Shown here piece by piece: positions 1 through 9,381 of a stretch of 64,000 nucleotides of DNA. Numbering within the stretch: position 1 is the stretch's first letter; the number at the start of each line of letters is the position of its first letter. The translations under genes were made by a program, and so were the position numbers. The stretch lies in the NCBI GenBank assembly GCA_018819225.1, contig JAHJQN010000004.1, positions 224,001 to 288,000 of the forward strand, in the 5' to 3' direction. This DNA comes from Candidatus Micrarchaeota archaeon. GTDB lineage: Archaea; Micrarchaeota; Micrarchaeia; Norongarragalinales; SBBD01. Under the pieces are notes generated by a model. The model had not been told where the DNA came from, did no database searches, and saw only the letters and a list, made by a program, of their open reading frames with translations.

Positions 1-464
1 AGGAAGTGAAAATCCAGCAATCCACTTGGAACGATTTGCCGTTCAAGTTCGAAGCCGGCACGCCCAATATTTCCGGAGCCATCGGACTCGGAACCGCCAT
101 AGACTATTTGAACGATCTCGGCATGCATCAGGTTCGCGACCATGAAAAGAAATTATTCAAACACGCGTATGGGGCGTTATCGGAGAGGGGAATGACCGTT
201 TACGGACCATCGGATGCGGATGAAAAAAGTGGCATCATCGCATTCAACATCGAAGGCCTTCACAGTCACGATATCGCGAGCATTCTCAATGAACGAAACA
301 TCGCGATTCGCGCAGGACATCATTGCGCGCAACCCCTCGTCAACGCGTTGGGGGCCGTGGCGATGGCCCGTGCCAGTTTTTACGTTTACAACACGGAAGA
401 CGACATTGATCAAATGGTTCTCGCGCTATCACACGCCCAGCGCATTCTAGGGAAATCCAAATGA
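1..464 (+). CDS. sufS: SufS-type cysteine desulfurase, C-terminal part (5' end outside window)
   Basis: KFEAGTPNI and IRAGHHCAQP motifs of group II cysteine desulfurases; frame open to window start; overlaps downstream SufU gene. Confidence 0.93.
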   Translation, partial: EVKIQQSTWNDLPFKFEAGTPNISGAIGLGTAIDYLNDLGMHQVRDHEKKLFKHAYGALSERGMTVYGPSDADEKSGIIAFNIEGLHSHDIASILNERNIAIRAGHHCAQPLVNALGAVAMARASFYVYNTEDDIDQMVLALSHAQRILGKSK

Positions 465-862
465 ATTTGTATCAAGAAAACATTTTAGACCATTACCAGC
501 ACCCGCGCAATAAACGCGTAATGAAGAAAGCGGACATTCGCCGCCGGGAACCGAACCCCGTTTGTGGCGATGATATCGAGATATTCATCAAATTACGAAA
601 CGGAAAAGTGGCCGAAGCGCAGTTCGAAGGAAACGGATGCGCGATTTCCATGGCGGCCGCGTCGATGTTAACGGAAGAACTCATTGGAAAAACGCCGAAA
701 GTCATTTTAAAAATGAATCAAAAAAGCATGGTGCAATTATTGGGAGTCGATCCCGGTACGGCTCGAATCTCATGCGCGACCTTGGCATTAAAAGCCACTC
801 AAAATGGGTTGATTGCATCCTTGAATAAAACCAATAAACGTCATTCCAAAAAGGGGAAGTGA
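461..862 (+). CDS. sufU: SufU/IscU-family Fe-S scaffold or sulfur-transfer protein
   Basis: LYQENILDHY..PRN, NPVCGD, GCAISMAAASM, RISCATL; directly follows sufS. Confidence 0.92.
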   Translation: MNLYQENILDHYQHPRNKRVMKKADIRRREPNPVCGDDIEIFIKLRNGKVAEAQFEGNGCAISMAAASMLTEELIGKTPKVILKMNQKSMVQLLGVDPGTARISCATLALKATQNGLIASLNKTNKRHSKKGK

Positions 863-863
863 T

Positions 864-1694
864 ATGGATCGATTACGATTCGGAACCGCCGGCATTCCTT
901 TGAAGACCGTCCAACGGAAAACCGTCTTCGGTATTGAAACGGTTCGATCCCTTCATCTCGATGCCATGGAACTCGAGTTCGTTCATAGCGTCCACGTCAC
1001 GCCGGAAAAGGCCCCGTGGATCAAAGAGGCAGCGAAAAAAAACGGTGTCGCGCTCACGTGCCACGCCCCATACTACATGAACCTGAACGCGCAAGAAAAA
1101 CCCACGTTGGAAGCCAGCAAGCAACGGCTCATAAAAAGTGCGCGTATCCTGGATCTCTGCGGAGGAAAAAGCGTAGCGTTTCATGCCGCGTTCTACATGA
1201 AACAAGAAAAGGAAACGGTTTATCAAAACGTACGACACGCTCTGAAAGAGATCATGCAGGTTCTGAAGGATGAAAGTATCCCGGTCATCATGCGTCCGGA
1301 ACTCATGGGCAAACCCAAACAGTTTGGATCCTTGGAAGAGATCATTCGTCTCTGCGAAGAAATTGAAAACGTTCAACCCTGTATCGACTGGGGGCATTTC
1401 ATTGCCCGAACGAACGGGAAAACCAATTCGAAGGAAGCGTTTGTTGAAGTGCTGGAAACCATGGAAAACCGCCTGGGCCGTGAAACCCTCGACCACGTGC
1501 ACTTTCACGTGGAAGGCATTGAATTCGCGGAAAACGGAGAGCGTCGTCATGTGGCGCTCAAGGATTCTCCTCTCAAGTACAAGGACTTGGCGAGCGTGTG
1601 GAAGACCTTCAAGCTCAAGGGAATCGTCATCAGCGAAAGTCCGAACATTGAATCGGACGCGCTATTAATGCAAAAACTCGTCCTCTCGAAATAA
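864..1694 (+). CDS. nfo: Endonuclease IV (AP endonuclease family 2, TIM barrel)
   Basis: HAPYYMNLN, FHAAFY, PELMGKPKQFGSLEE, PCIDWGH and GERRH motifs of archaeal Nfo. Confidence 0.88.
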   Translation: MDRLRFGTAGIPLKTVQRKTVFGIETVRSLHLDAMELEFVHSVHVTPEKAPWIKEAAKKNGVALTCHAPYYMNLNAQEKPTLEASKQRLIKSARILDLCGGKSVAFHAAFYMKQEKETVYQNVRHALKEIMQVLKDESIPVIMRPELMGKPKQFGSLEEIIRLCEEIENVQPCIDWGHFIARTNGKTNSKEAFVEVLETMENRLGRETLDHVHFHVEGIEFAENGERRHVALKDSPLKYKDLASVWKTFKLKGIVISESPNIESDALLMQKLVLSK

Positions 1695-1869
1695 ACGAGA
1701 CTCGGGAACGGTATACAGGCGGTCCGCGTCCTCATTCCTTAGAGCGAAATGGCCCATAATCACTGGAAAAAAGGACCGGAGTTAAACCTTATCCATAATA
1801 ACCATGAGATTCATATCCCTACTCGAACGGATATTGAAACAAGCTCTACGGAGCGATAGGTGGAATCCC

Positions 1870-2334
1870 ATGTTAAACGAAGGAGACAAGGCTCCGGCAT
1901 TCACGACCAGGGACACGAATGGAAAAACCATTTCATCAAGCCAATTCAAAGGAAAACGATTCGTGCTCTATTTCTACCCTAGAGATGACACGCCGGGTTG
2001 CACCATCGAAGCCTGCAGTTTTCGAGATCATTTCAAGGAATTCAAGAAAAGAAAAATAGAGATTCTGGGCGTCAGCATGGACAATGAAACGTCTCACCAG
2101 AAATTCTCGAAACGCTTCCAGCTTCCCTTCCCGCTATTAGTGGACGAACACGGGGAAATCGCTCAGGCGTACGGAGCGTACGGTGAAAAGAAGTTCTTGG
2201 GAAGAACGTTTCAAGGCGTCAAACGCATGACGTTCATCATCGATAAAAAAGGCCGAATCGCAAAAATATACTGGAAAGTGAAAACGTTCAACCACGCACA
2301 GGAAGTCATGGAATTCGCCCAGACTCTCCAATAG
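1870..2334 (+). CDS. bcp: Peroxiredoxin, Bcp/PrxQ family
   Basis: LYFYPRDDTPGCTIEACSFRD; ATG 1870 preceded by AGGTGG SD-like site (track start 1804 probably too long). Confidence 0.93.
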   Translation: MLNEGDKAPAFTTRDTNGKTISSSQFKGKRFVLYFYPRDDTPGCTIEACSFRDHFKEFKKRKIEILGVSMDNETSHQKFSKRFQLPFPLLVDEHGEIAQAYGAYGEKKFLGRTFQGVKRMTFIIDKKGRIAKIYWKVKTFNHAQEVMEFAQTLQ

Positions 2335-2443
2335 ATCATGTGAAAATAACTCGCGCCGTAGAAAAGGTTTACGGAGAACGTTTTAAAAATCCCATTTCCG
2401 TAAAGCGGTTATTCAAAAAGAATGACGAGGGGTGGGATACGTC

Positions 2444-3622
2444 ATGCAGATCGCAGACCGGCAACGACGACTCGGAACCGAAACCGCATTTGAAGTCTTG
2501 GCCAAAGCCAAGGCACTCGAAGCCCAAGGAAAGAATATCGTGCACCTTGAAATCGGGGAACCTGACTTTGACACGCCCCAAAACATCAAGAATGCAGGAA
2601 AAAAAGCCATTGACAACGGTTTCACGCATTACGGGCCATCGAACGGGCTCGCGGACTTCCGAAACGTCATTGCGGAAGACGCGGGAAAAGCACGCGGAAT
2701 CGAATATTCACCTGACGAAGTCGTCGTCGTACCCGGTGCAAAACCCATCATGTTCTACGCGATGCTCGCCTGCATCAACCCCGGGGACGAAGTCATTTAC
2801 CCCAACCCCGGATTTCCCATTTACGAAAGCATGATCGAATACGTGGGTGCAAAAGCCGTGCCCATTAAAATCAAGGAAGAAAAAGAATTCCGGCTGGACG
2901 TCGAGGATCTTTCGAAACTCATTACCCCGAAAACCAAAATGATCATCGTCAATTCTCCTGCGAACCCCACGGGAGGCGTGCTCGAAAAAAGCGACTTGGA
3001 AGCCGTTGCCGAGATCGCGAAAAAACATAACTTGTGGGTGTTAAGCGACGAAGTGTACAAGGAAATCCTGTACGAAGGAAAACATTATAGTATTGCGTCA
3101 CTGCCGGAAATGAAGGAGCGCACCATTCTCCTCGATGGATTCAGTAAAACGTTTGCCATGACGGGATGGAGGCTGGGATACGGCATCATGAACAAGACAT
3201 TGGCGCCTCACATGACGCGGCTCATGACCAACTCGAACTCGTGCACGGCCAGCTTTACGCAAATGGCGGGAATCGAAGCGCTCAAAGGACCGCAAGACAG
3301 CGTAAAAAAAATGGTGTCGGAATTCAAGCGGCGCCGGGACGTGATTGTGGACGGACTGAATGATATCCCGGGGGTTAGCTGTCTGAAGCCGAAAGGCGCG
3401 TTCTACGTATTTCCGAACGTGAAAGAGCTTACGAAAAACGAGAAAACCTCTCAAGAGCTTTCGGACTTCATCATGTACGAGGCCAACGTGGCGTGCTTGC
3501 CAGGCACCTCGTTCGGCGCTTCCGGCGAAGGATATTTGCGTTTCTCGTACGCGAACTCCGTGGAAAATATCCACGAGGCACTCAAGCGCATTCGGGAAGC
3601 ACTTGAAAACAAAGGATTCTAG
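2444..3622 (+). CDS. PLP-dependent class I/II aminotransferase (aspartate aminotransferase-like)
   Basis: HLEIGEPDF, NSPANPTG, SDEVY, GFSKTFAMTGWRLG (PLP lysine); ATG 2444 after GGGGTGG. Confidence 0.93.
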   Translation: MQIADRQRRLGTETAFEVLAKAKALEAQGKNIVHLEIGEPDFDTPQNIKNAGKKAIDNGFTHYGPSNGLADFRNVIAEDAGKARGIEYSPDEVVVVPGAKPIMFYAMLACINPGDEVIYPNPGFPIYESMIEYVGAKAVPIKIKEEKEFRLDVEDLSKLITPKTKMIIVNSPANPTGGVLEKSDLEAVAEIAKKHNLWVLSDEVYKEILYEGKHYSIASLPEMKERTILLDGFSKTFAMTGWRLGYGIMNKTLAPHMTRLMTNSNSCTASFTQMAGIEALKGPQDSVKKMVSEFKRRRDVIVDGLNDIPGVSCLKPKGAFYVFPNVKELTKNEKTSQELSDFIMYEANVACLPGTSFGASGEGYLRFSYANSVENIHEALKRIREALENKGF

Positions 3623-3645
3623 TTTAACCGAGAGGCGAAACGGGC

Positions 3646-5106
3646 TTGAATCTTTCAGGAAAAGAACTGATCGCTCTCGCAGAAATAAAGGAAAAATGGA
3701 CCTACATGGGACGATGGCTCCAACCCACGCTTTCCATGTGTTTCTGGCCGTTATGGGGACATCGACGTACCTATAACGATTTGGGTTTACCGCCCATTCC
3801 TGGCTATAATTTGCAACTGGACGGACATTACGTTGAGTTCAATCCGGACTTCCAGGTCATCGAGCAAGCGTGCCTCGAGGCCTGCGAGAAACACGATGAC
3901 TCCTTTTTCCGACAATACGTAAAAACGGCCGAGCGAACGTGCCGGAATCATCTGGATCTCGCCGGTAAACTGGATTCCAAAAAATCACCTTTGAAGGAAA
4001 CACTTAAGGCGTTTTTTGATTCAACCAACCAGCTCGTTGTGCCATGGATTGCGGTCTTTCCGGTTGGTATGGGGGTTGATAAGGCGCTTTCAAAGCAACT
4101 GAAGAAAGAAGGAATCCGACAAATCGAGCTGTTAAGTCACTTCGAGCCTCCAAAGCCAACCATGCTTATGCAACAAGAAAGACAGGCGCGGGAGTTCGCC
4201 GAATACGTGAGGGACGCAGGCGTAATGCACGTTCTTGAAGAACCGCCTGAAAAAATCATGGACGTGCTTTCAATCAATCATGAACAACTGGCCAACCGCA
4301 TTTCATCGCACTTGGAGGAATTCGAATGGGTCGGAACGCATCACTGCTGGGGCGAACCCCTTACGGCGGATCGGTTATTCACTCAAATAAAAGAGATGCC
4401 CCCAAAAAAAGAAGAAAAAGAGGAAATGAAAAAGATTTCTGAAGAACTTCAATGGCTTATCCGCTGGCAAAACGAACTCGCTTACTGGAGGCAATACTGT
4501 GCCGAAACCTCGGATGTAGGATTCTTCAAAGCAAGATCCGTATTGAACGAAGCGGCAGCCCAACTCGAATTGTCGTACGAGGAAATCATTTGGTTATCGG
4601 ACCAGGAAATTCTCAAGGGACTCGAGAACGCAACCATTCCTTCCAAAGATGAATTGAAAGCAAGAGAAAGAGGGTTCGGGCTGACGGAAGGATTTGCGGA
4701 CGATGAAATCATTATTACGGGCGAAAAGCTGGAACATTTAAAGCGTATTCTGATCCCAACGGTCGACACAACCGTTCAAGAATTCGTTGGAACCGTTGGA
4801 AGCAAGGGATTGGTGATTGGAAAGGCGTTCGTCGCGTTCACGCCACAGGAAGCGGCACCCATGCAGAAAGGAAGCGTATTGGTGGTGCCGCAAACCACGC
4901 CCGATTACGTCGTGGTCATGAAAAAAGCGAAGGCCATCGTAACCGATGAAGGCGGCATGACGTGCCATGCAGCGGTGGTAAGTAGGGAGTTGGGCGTGCC
5001 GTGCGTCGTGGGAACGAAAGTAGCCACGCGAGTGCTCAAAACAGGGGATCTAATCGAAGTGGATGCCCACTCGGGAATCATCAGAAGAATCCGTTCCGGC
5101 GAATAG
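3646..5106 (+). CDS. Protein with C-terminal PEP-utilizing (swivelling phospho-His) domain and uncharacterised helical N-terminus
   Basis: TTPDYV..MKKAKAIVTDEGGMTCHAAVVSRELGVPCVVGT; no ATP-grasp or pyruvate-binding domain seen. Confidence 0.85.
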   Translation: MNLSGKELIALAEIKEKWTYMGRWLQPTLSMCFWPLWGHRRTYNDLGLPPIPGYNLQLDGHYVEFNPDFQVIEQACLEACEKHDDSFFRQYVKTAERTCRNHLDLAGKLDSKKSPLKETLKAFFDSTNQLVVPWIAVFPVGMGVDKALSKQLKKEGIRQIELLSHFEPPKPTMLMQQERQAREFAEYVRDAGVMHVLEEPPEKIMDVLSINHEQLANRISSHLEEFEWVGTHHCWGEPLTADRLFTQIKEMPPKKEEKEEMKKISEELQWLIRWQNELAYWRQYCAETSDVGFFKARSVLNEAAAQLELSYEEIIWLSDQEILKGLENATIPSKDELKARERGFGLTEGFADDEIIITGEKLEHLKRILIPTVDTTVQEFVGTVGSKGLVIGKAFVAFTPQEAAPMQKGSVLVVPQTTPDYVVVMKKAKAIVTDEGGMTCHAAVVSRELGVPCVVGTKVATRVLKTGDLIEVDAHSGIIRRIRSGE

Positions 5107-5143
5107 TATTTAAGTTGCGTGTTCATGAAAGATTGGAATCGTT

Positions 5144-5869
5144 ATGAAAATCGCGGCGCGTATCCGGAAAGCGTGGAGGAAGCTCAGGAAAGAGAAGCCA
5201 CAAAACGGGATATTATTTGAAAAAGAAAAAGGCCGCGTGGAACTCGAAGTCGCTAATGATTTCAAGATCCGACTCGATTTGTTCAAGGAATTCAAAGGCA
5301 GGAATCGATGGGGATTCGAGCTGACGGCCATGAACAAAAGCGACATTAAATACGCGGAAATCGTGGTCGCGTTCAATCGGAAAAAAGGAGTGCAAATCAA
5401 GGAGTTGCCTCCGGAAAGCATGCGCGTTAAATCCGTCGAGTTCACGAAAGACGAACTCTCCATCAACAACGTGCTCGTGGAAGTCTACCGATTATCCGGA
5501 AACGAAAAACAAAAGAAGAGTTTTGTCGTGCCCATGCACGAATACTTTGAAACCTTGCGCGGAACCAAATATTTGACGGTCGTGGAAGGTGCTGGAAACG
5601 ACTCGGAAATCGAACGGCAAAAGCAGGCCTGGCGAACCGCCAACGCCGCCACGCTGAAAGGCTTGAGCTTGCCCCGCGTCCACACGGAAACCACGCTGGA
5701 TTTGCAGGCTCGCATTCAAGAACTCGAAGAACAAAAACAGAATTTAACCAAACAATTCATGAAACGGGAAATCAGTTACAACGAGTACGCCGAAGTATTG
5801 AACTCGATCTCCAGGGAATTGAATGCGTCGAAAACCAAGCTCGACCACATGAAAAAGGATTTAGAGTAA
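5144..5869 (+). CDS. Hypothetical protein with C-terminal coiled coil
   Basis: 241-aa ORF; C-terminal heptad-rich segment LQARIQELEEQKQNLTKQFMKREISYNEY. Confidence 0.7.
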   Translation: MKIAARIRKAWRKLRKEKPQNGILFEKEKGRVELEVANDFKIRLDLFKEFKGRNRWGFELTAMNKSDIKYAEIVVAFNRKKGVQIKELPPESMRVKSVEFTKDELSINNVLVEVYRLSGNEKQKKSFVVPMHEYFETLRGTKYLTVVEGAGNDSEIERQKQAWRTANAATLKGLSLPRVHTETTLDLQARIQELEEQKQNLTKQFMKREISYNEYAEVLNSISRELNASKTKLDHMKKDLE

Positions 5870-7330
5870 CTAGCCGCTACGCAATAACTCCACGAGCAAG
5901 CGTACCCCGAAACCCGTTCCGCCTTTCGCCAGACCCGGTTTATCCCGCGTCGTCCATGCCACACCCGCTATGTCCAAGTGAGCCCACGGAATCCCTTCTT
6001 TCACGAACGCGTGCAAGAAAGAGGCGCCTGCAATGGTTCCGGCGGCTCCATTCGCACCAACATTCTTAACATCCGCGACATCGCTTTTCACGTGTTCCAA
6101 GTACTCGGGCCATAATGGAAGTCTCCAGACGCGTTCGCCTGACACGCGTCCGGCTGATTCCAGTTTGGTTAAAAGCGGATCGTCCGTGCCCATGAGTCCG
6201 GCGGCCAAGTCTCCTAAAGCGACGACACACGCACCCGTAAGAGTCGCCAAATCCACGATGGCTTTCGGATTCATTTCGCTCGCAAATGCCAGCGCGTCCG
6301 CCAACGCCAAACGACCTTCCGCATCCGTATTAAGAATTTCAATGGTTTTGCCGTTCCTCGCGGTAATAATGTCTCCGGGCTTGCTCGCCGAACCGGACGG
6401 CAAATTCTCGGACAGTGCGAGGATGCCGATCACGCGTTGCTTAATTTTTAGTTCGGCAGAGGCTTGCAACACGCCGAGTACCGCGATGGCACCTGCCTTG
6501 TCAAACTTCATTTGATCCATGTCTTTCGAAGGCTTGAGGGAAATGCCTCCCGAATCAAAGGTAATCCCTTTTCCAACAAAAATGACGGGTTTTCCGGCGC
6601 CGGCATGCTCGAGGACCACGAGCACCGGCGGTTGTACGCTGCCCTGCGATACGCTAAGGAGCGCATTCATCCTCATTTTCTGCAATTCCGATTTTCCGTA
6701 AACCGTGCATTTGAGGCCGTGGCTTTTCGCCATTTTACCCGCAATATCCGCTACGTTCATGGGCGTCATCTGATTCGCCGGTTCATTTAACACGGCACGC
6801 GTCTCGTTCTGCACGCGTGCCAACGCGCCGCCGAAACGAACCGCTTTATCGGTGCGCGCTATGTCTCGCTTTTCCACGAGCACATCCACGCGTTCCAGTT
6901 GCCCTTCTTTTTCCTCCTGACTCGTCCGATATTTATCAAACCGGTAAGACGCCAGCTCAACGCCTTCGGCAACGGCTTGCGCATGATTCGCAAGCGCCGG
7001 ATGCAACAGCCATGCGACGTGTTTGCGCTTAAGGCGAGACAGATGAAGAGTCGCTATACCAGCGGTTTCGCGGACTCGATCGCTGGAAAGTTCCTTCTTT
7101 TTTCCCATGCCGATAGCGAGCAAGCGCTTCCAAGCCGCGTCGCACCTCAAAACAATAACCTGACCTTTTTTCCCGGTAAACTCCTCTTCCTTGAACGCGT
7201 TAGCAAGCTGCCCGCTGACCTGCGAATCGAACGGTTTAACGAAAACGGGAACGCCTTCATTCTCGAAGAGCGGTACAATGAGCGCATCGCACGCGTGTTT
7301 ATGATCAACGGGTTGAACAGCCATTTTCAT
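5870..7330 (-). CDS. pepA: Leucyl aminopeptidase (M17)
   Basis: VGKGITFDSGG, MKFDKAG, NTDAEGRL, DLATLTGA, WAHLDIAG. Confidence 0.96.
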   Translation of the reverse strand: MKMAVQPVDHKHACDALIVPLFENEGVPVFVKPFDSQVSGQLANAFKEEEFTGKKGQVIVLRCDAAWKRLLAIGMGKKKELSSDRVRETAGIATLHLSRLKRKHVAWLLHPALANHAQAVAEGVELASYRFDKYRTSQEEKEGQLERVDVLVEKRDIARTDKAVRFGGALARVQNETRAVLNEPANQMTPMNVADIAGKMAKSHGLKCTVYGKSELQKMRMNALLSVSQGSVQPPVLVVLEHAGAGKPVIFVGKGITFDSGGISLKPSKDMDQMKFDKAGAIAVLGVLQASAELKIKQRVIGILALSENLPSGSASKPGDIITARNGKTIEILNTDAEGRLALADALAFASEMNPKAIVDLATLTGACVVALGDLAAGLMGTDDPLLTKLESAGRVSGERVWRLPLWPEYLEHVKSDVADVKNVGANGAAGTIAGASFLHAFVKEGIPWAHLDIAGVAWTTRDKPGLAKGGTGFGVRLLVELLRSG

Positions 7331-7412
7331 GAATCATACACCTATCAGCGCAAACACTGAAACCAGCCTCGTATATAAAGGATTTCATCTCCTGAAGCGG
7401 AAGCAAAATGAA

Positions 7413-7934
7413 TCAGATTTTACGCATGTGAAGCCCTTGCAGGAAAGGCCCGTAGTTCTCGCCGAACGTGACCGCTACGGCTCTCGCGCGCAAGGGATTC
7501 ATGTAACGCATCGCGACTTTCTCCGTCGCAATCGCGACCGCGTACCGCGTATTGTAAACGATATGGTTCCACCGAGCGTGGTCGCGCAAGCTCACGGGAC
7601 CGTGACGTTCGTGCATACGCAACGCGTATAACCGTTTGACCAACGGGGAATGGCGAATCGCTTTCAAAATGGTGTGCACGCGTCTCTGCGGTAATTTAGC
7701 AAAGCCTTCTTCAACGAGGTGCGCGCGATGCGACTCCGTGTCCATGCGTTTCAAGCGTTCGAGCGCCTCCGTTGCAATCTGGGGGTTCTGGCCGATCAGG
7801 CCCCAAGTGACCGCGCGCCATAAGTTAATATCCTTCTCGAGGAAGTGGCCGACGAACAAGTGTCTGCGTGCAGCACGGGTATGCATTTCCAAGGGTTTAA
7901 CGCGTTCCATGAACCGCATTATTGAAAAGCCCAA
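7413..7934 (-). CDS. Hypothetical Arg/His-rich protein
   Basis: 173-aa ORF filling the gap between pepA and the divergent ORF at 7968; no recognised motif; start uncertain. Confidence 0.55.
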   Translation of the reverse strand: MGFSIMRFMERVKPLEMHTRAARRHLFVGHFLEKDINLWRAVTWGLIGQNPQIATEALERLKRMDTESHRAHLVEEGFAKLPQRRVHTILKAIRHSPLVKRLYALRMHERHGPVSLRDHARWNHIVYNTRYAVAIATEKVAMRYMNPLRARAVAVTFGENYGPFLQGLHMRKI

Positions 7935-7967
7935 TAAAAGGGTTTGCTTTCAATGAATTAATGTGAA

Positions 7968-8765
7968 ATGGAAAGCATGCAGAAAAAAGAAATCGATCGC
8001 AATCAAAAAGAAATTGTTCAGCGGGTATACTATCTTCAACCCGTTCTTCCACCCGGGCCATCGATTCAACTGATTGGAATCCCTCACGGAACTCATCGAT
8101 CAGCCATTCCAAGAGCAGTCTCTAGGTTTTTGAATAAAGCTCTATTGGACTATCCAGGACGGATTTATACGGAAGGGGCTATGAAAGGACCATCGTACGC
8201 TCTTCCGCGGGTTTATCGATCATCCGCAAAAGGAATCGAATCTCGCTCGGTCATGAATCATTCCTGGAGATTATTGACTCACGATCGGAAAAAAGGATGG
8301 CAAAGCGTATGGGGAACCATAACGAGTCCGTTATTTGATCGGGCAACAGGAGCGGTCGATTATTTTAAGCTCGGGAAACAAATTGCAACGAATCCTCTCA
8401 GCGATCGTCAATTGGAATTAAATCGGAATTGGTTTAAATATCACCTAAAAAAAGAAACCAGCTTGCCGGATAAAGCCATTGCCCATCGCGCTGAATTCAT
8501 CACGTCCATTCGAAGCGTGATGATGGCCGGACGGTTATTACAACATCGAAGACGTCATCAGCAACCCATCGTATTTGTTTCAGGTAGTATTCATGCAAGT
8601 GAAATTCACCAATTTCTCAAGAACCCAGCTAAAACGTTGGAATACGTCAAAGGAGCCCATCCACGTTTTGGAGAAGATAATATGAGTGCACGAATGGGTT
8701 TGCTGGTTGCGGAAAGGGAGTTCACGAGATTGCGAAGAGAAAAGGAGCGAAGGGGTGCCTCGTAA
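7968..8765 (+). CDS. Hypothetical protein, possibly divergent TraB/GumN/Tiki superfamily
   Basis: Spaced motifs LIGIPH ... YTEG ... RSVMMAGRL ... VFVSGSIH resemble the GxxH/E/R/GxxH pattern. Confidence 0.5.
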   Translation: MESMQKKEIDRNQKEIVQRVYYLQPVLPPGPSIQLIGIPHGTHRSAIPRAVSRFLNKALLDYPGRIYTEGAMKGPSYALPRVYRSSAKGIESRSVMNHSWRLLTHDRKKGWQSVWGTITSPLFDRATGAVDYFKLGKQIATNPLSDRQLELNRNWFKYHLKKETSLPDKAIAHRAEFITSIRSVMMAGRLLQHRRRHQQPIVFVSGSIHASEIHQFLKNPAKTLEYVKGAHPRFGEDNMSARMGLLVAEREFTRLRREKERRGAS

Positions 8766-8881
8766 CGCCCTCGCAAGCACAAGCCATTGTTTAAAAATAT
8801 TGTGTCCCCAATACTTTTCTCTTCTGCTAGAACTCGTCCGACGAGTAGCTGCAAGTGTGAATATCATCAAAGGGAGGGCAT

Positions 8882-9310
8882 ATGGCAAGACGAATTAAAT
8901 CGCATAAACGAAAGCATTACGGTAACCGCACGTTCGGCCATGGAAACAAGAAGAACTGGCGCGGCAAGGGAAGCCGCGGTGGAACCGGTCGAGGAGGATA
9001 CCACAAACAAAACTGGATGCGTACCTTAAAGACCGAAGGCCCCAGGCAAACGGCTTCCGGATTCGTCAATCCGACCACCCGCCGGATCATCGCCGTACCC
9101 CTGACGCACGTGTCCACGCGAATCGAGAAAGGCGCGTTCAAGCAGGAAGGGAACGCGTACAACATCGACTTGACCCGCAAAGGCAAGCTCGTAAAAGTAC
9201 TCGGAAACGGAGCGTTTTCATATAAGGCACACGTGAAAGCCAACGCGTTTACAGGAAGTGCGAAAGTAAAAATTGAGAAAGCCGGGGGAAGCGTGCTCGT
9301 CGCCCAATAA
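8882..9310 (+). CDS. rpl15: 50S ribosomal protein uL15
   Basis: GNRTFGHG..KNWRGKGSRGGTGRGG, KVLGNG, KIEKAGG; immediately upstream of secY. Confidence 0.93.
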   Translation: MARRIKSHKRKHYGNRTFGHGNKKNWRGKGSRGGTGRGGYHKQNWMRTLKTEGPRQTASGFVNPTTRRIIAVPLTHVSTRIEKGAFKQEGNAYNIDLTRKGKLVKVLGNGAFSYKAHVKANAFTGSAKVKIEKAGGSVLVAQ

Positions 9311-9381
9311 ATGCGGCGGAGTAAAACGCTTATAAACCCCGTTCAAGAAAAGCATTGAAAGAGGGAGAGAGGGTTCGAATC

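Noticed and set aside
1712-1765. Possible C/D box sRNA on the minus strand (GTGATTA..CTAA..ATGAGGA..CTGT)
   Set aside because: All four boxes deviate from consensus, including box D; no target could be verified.
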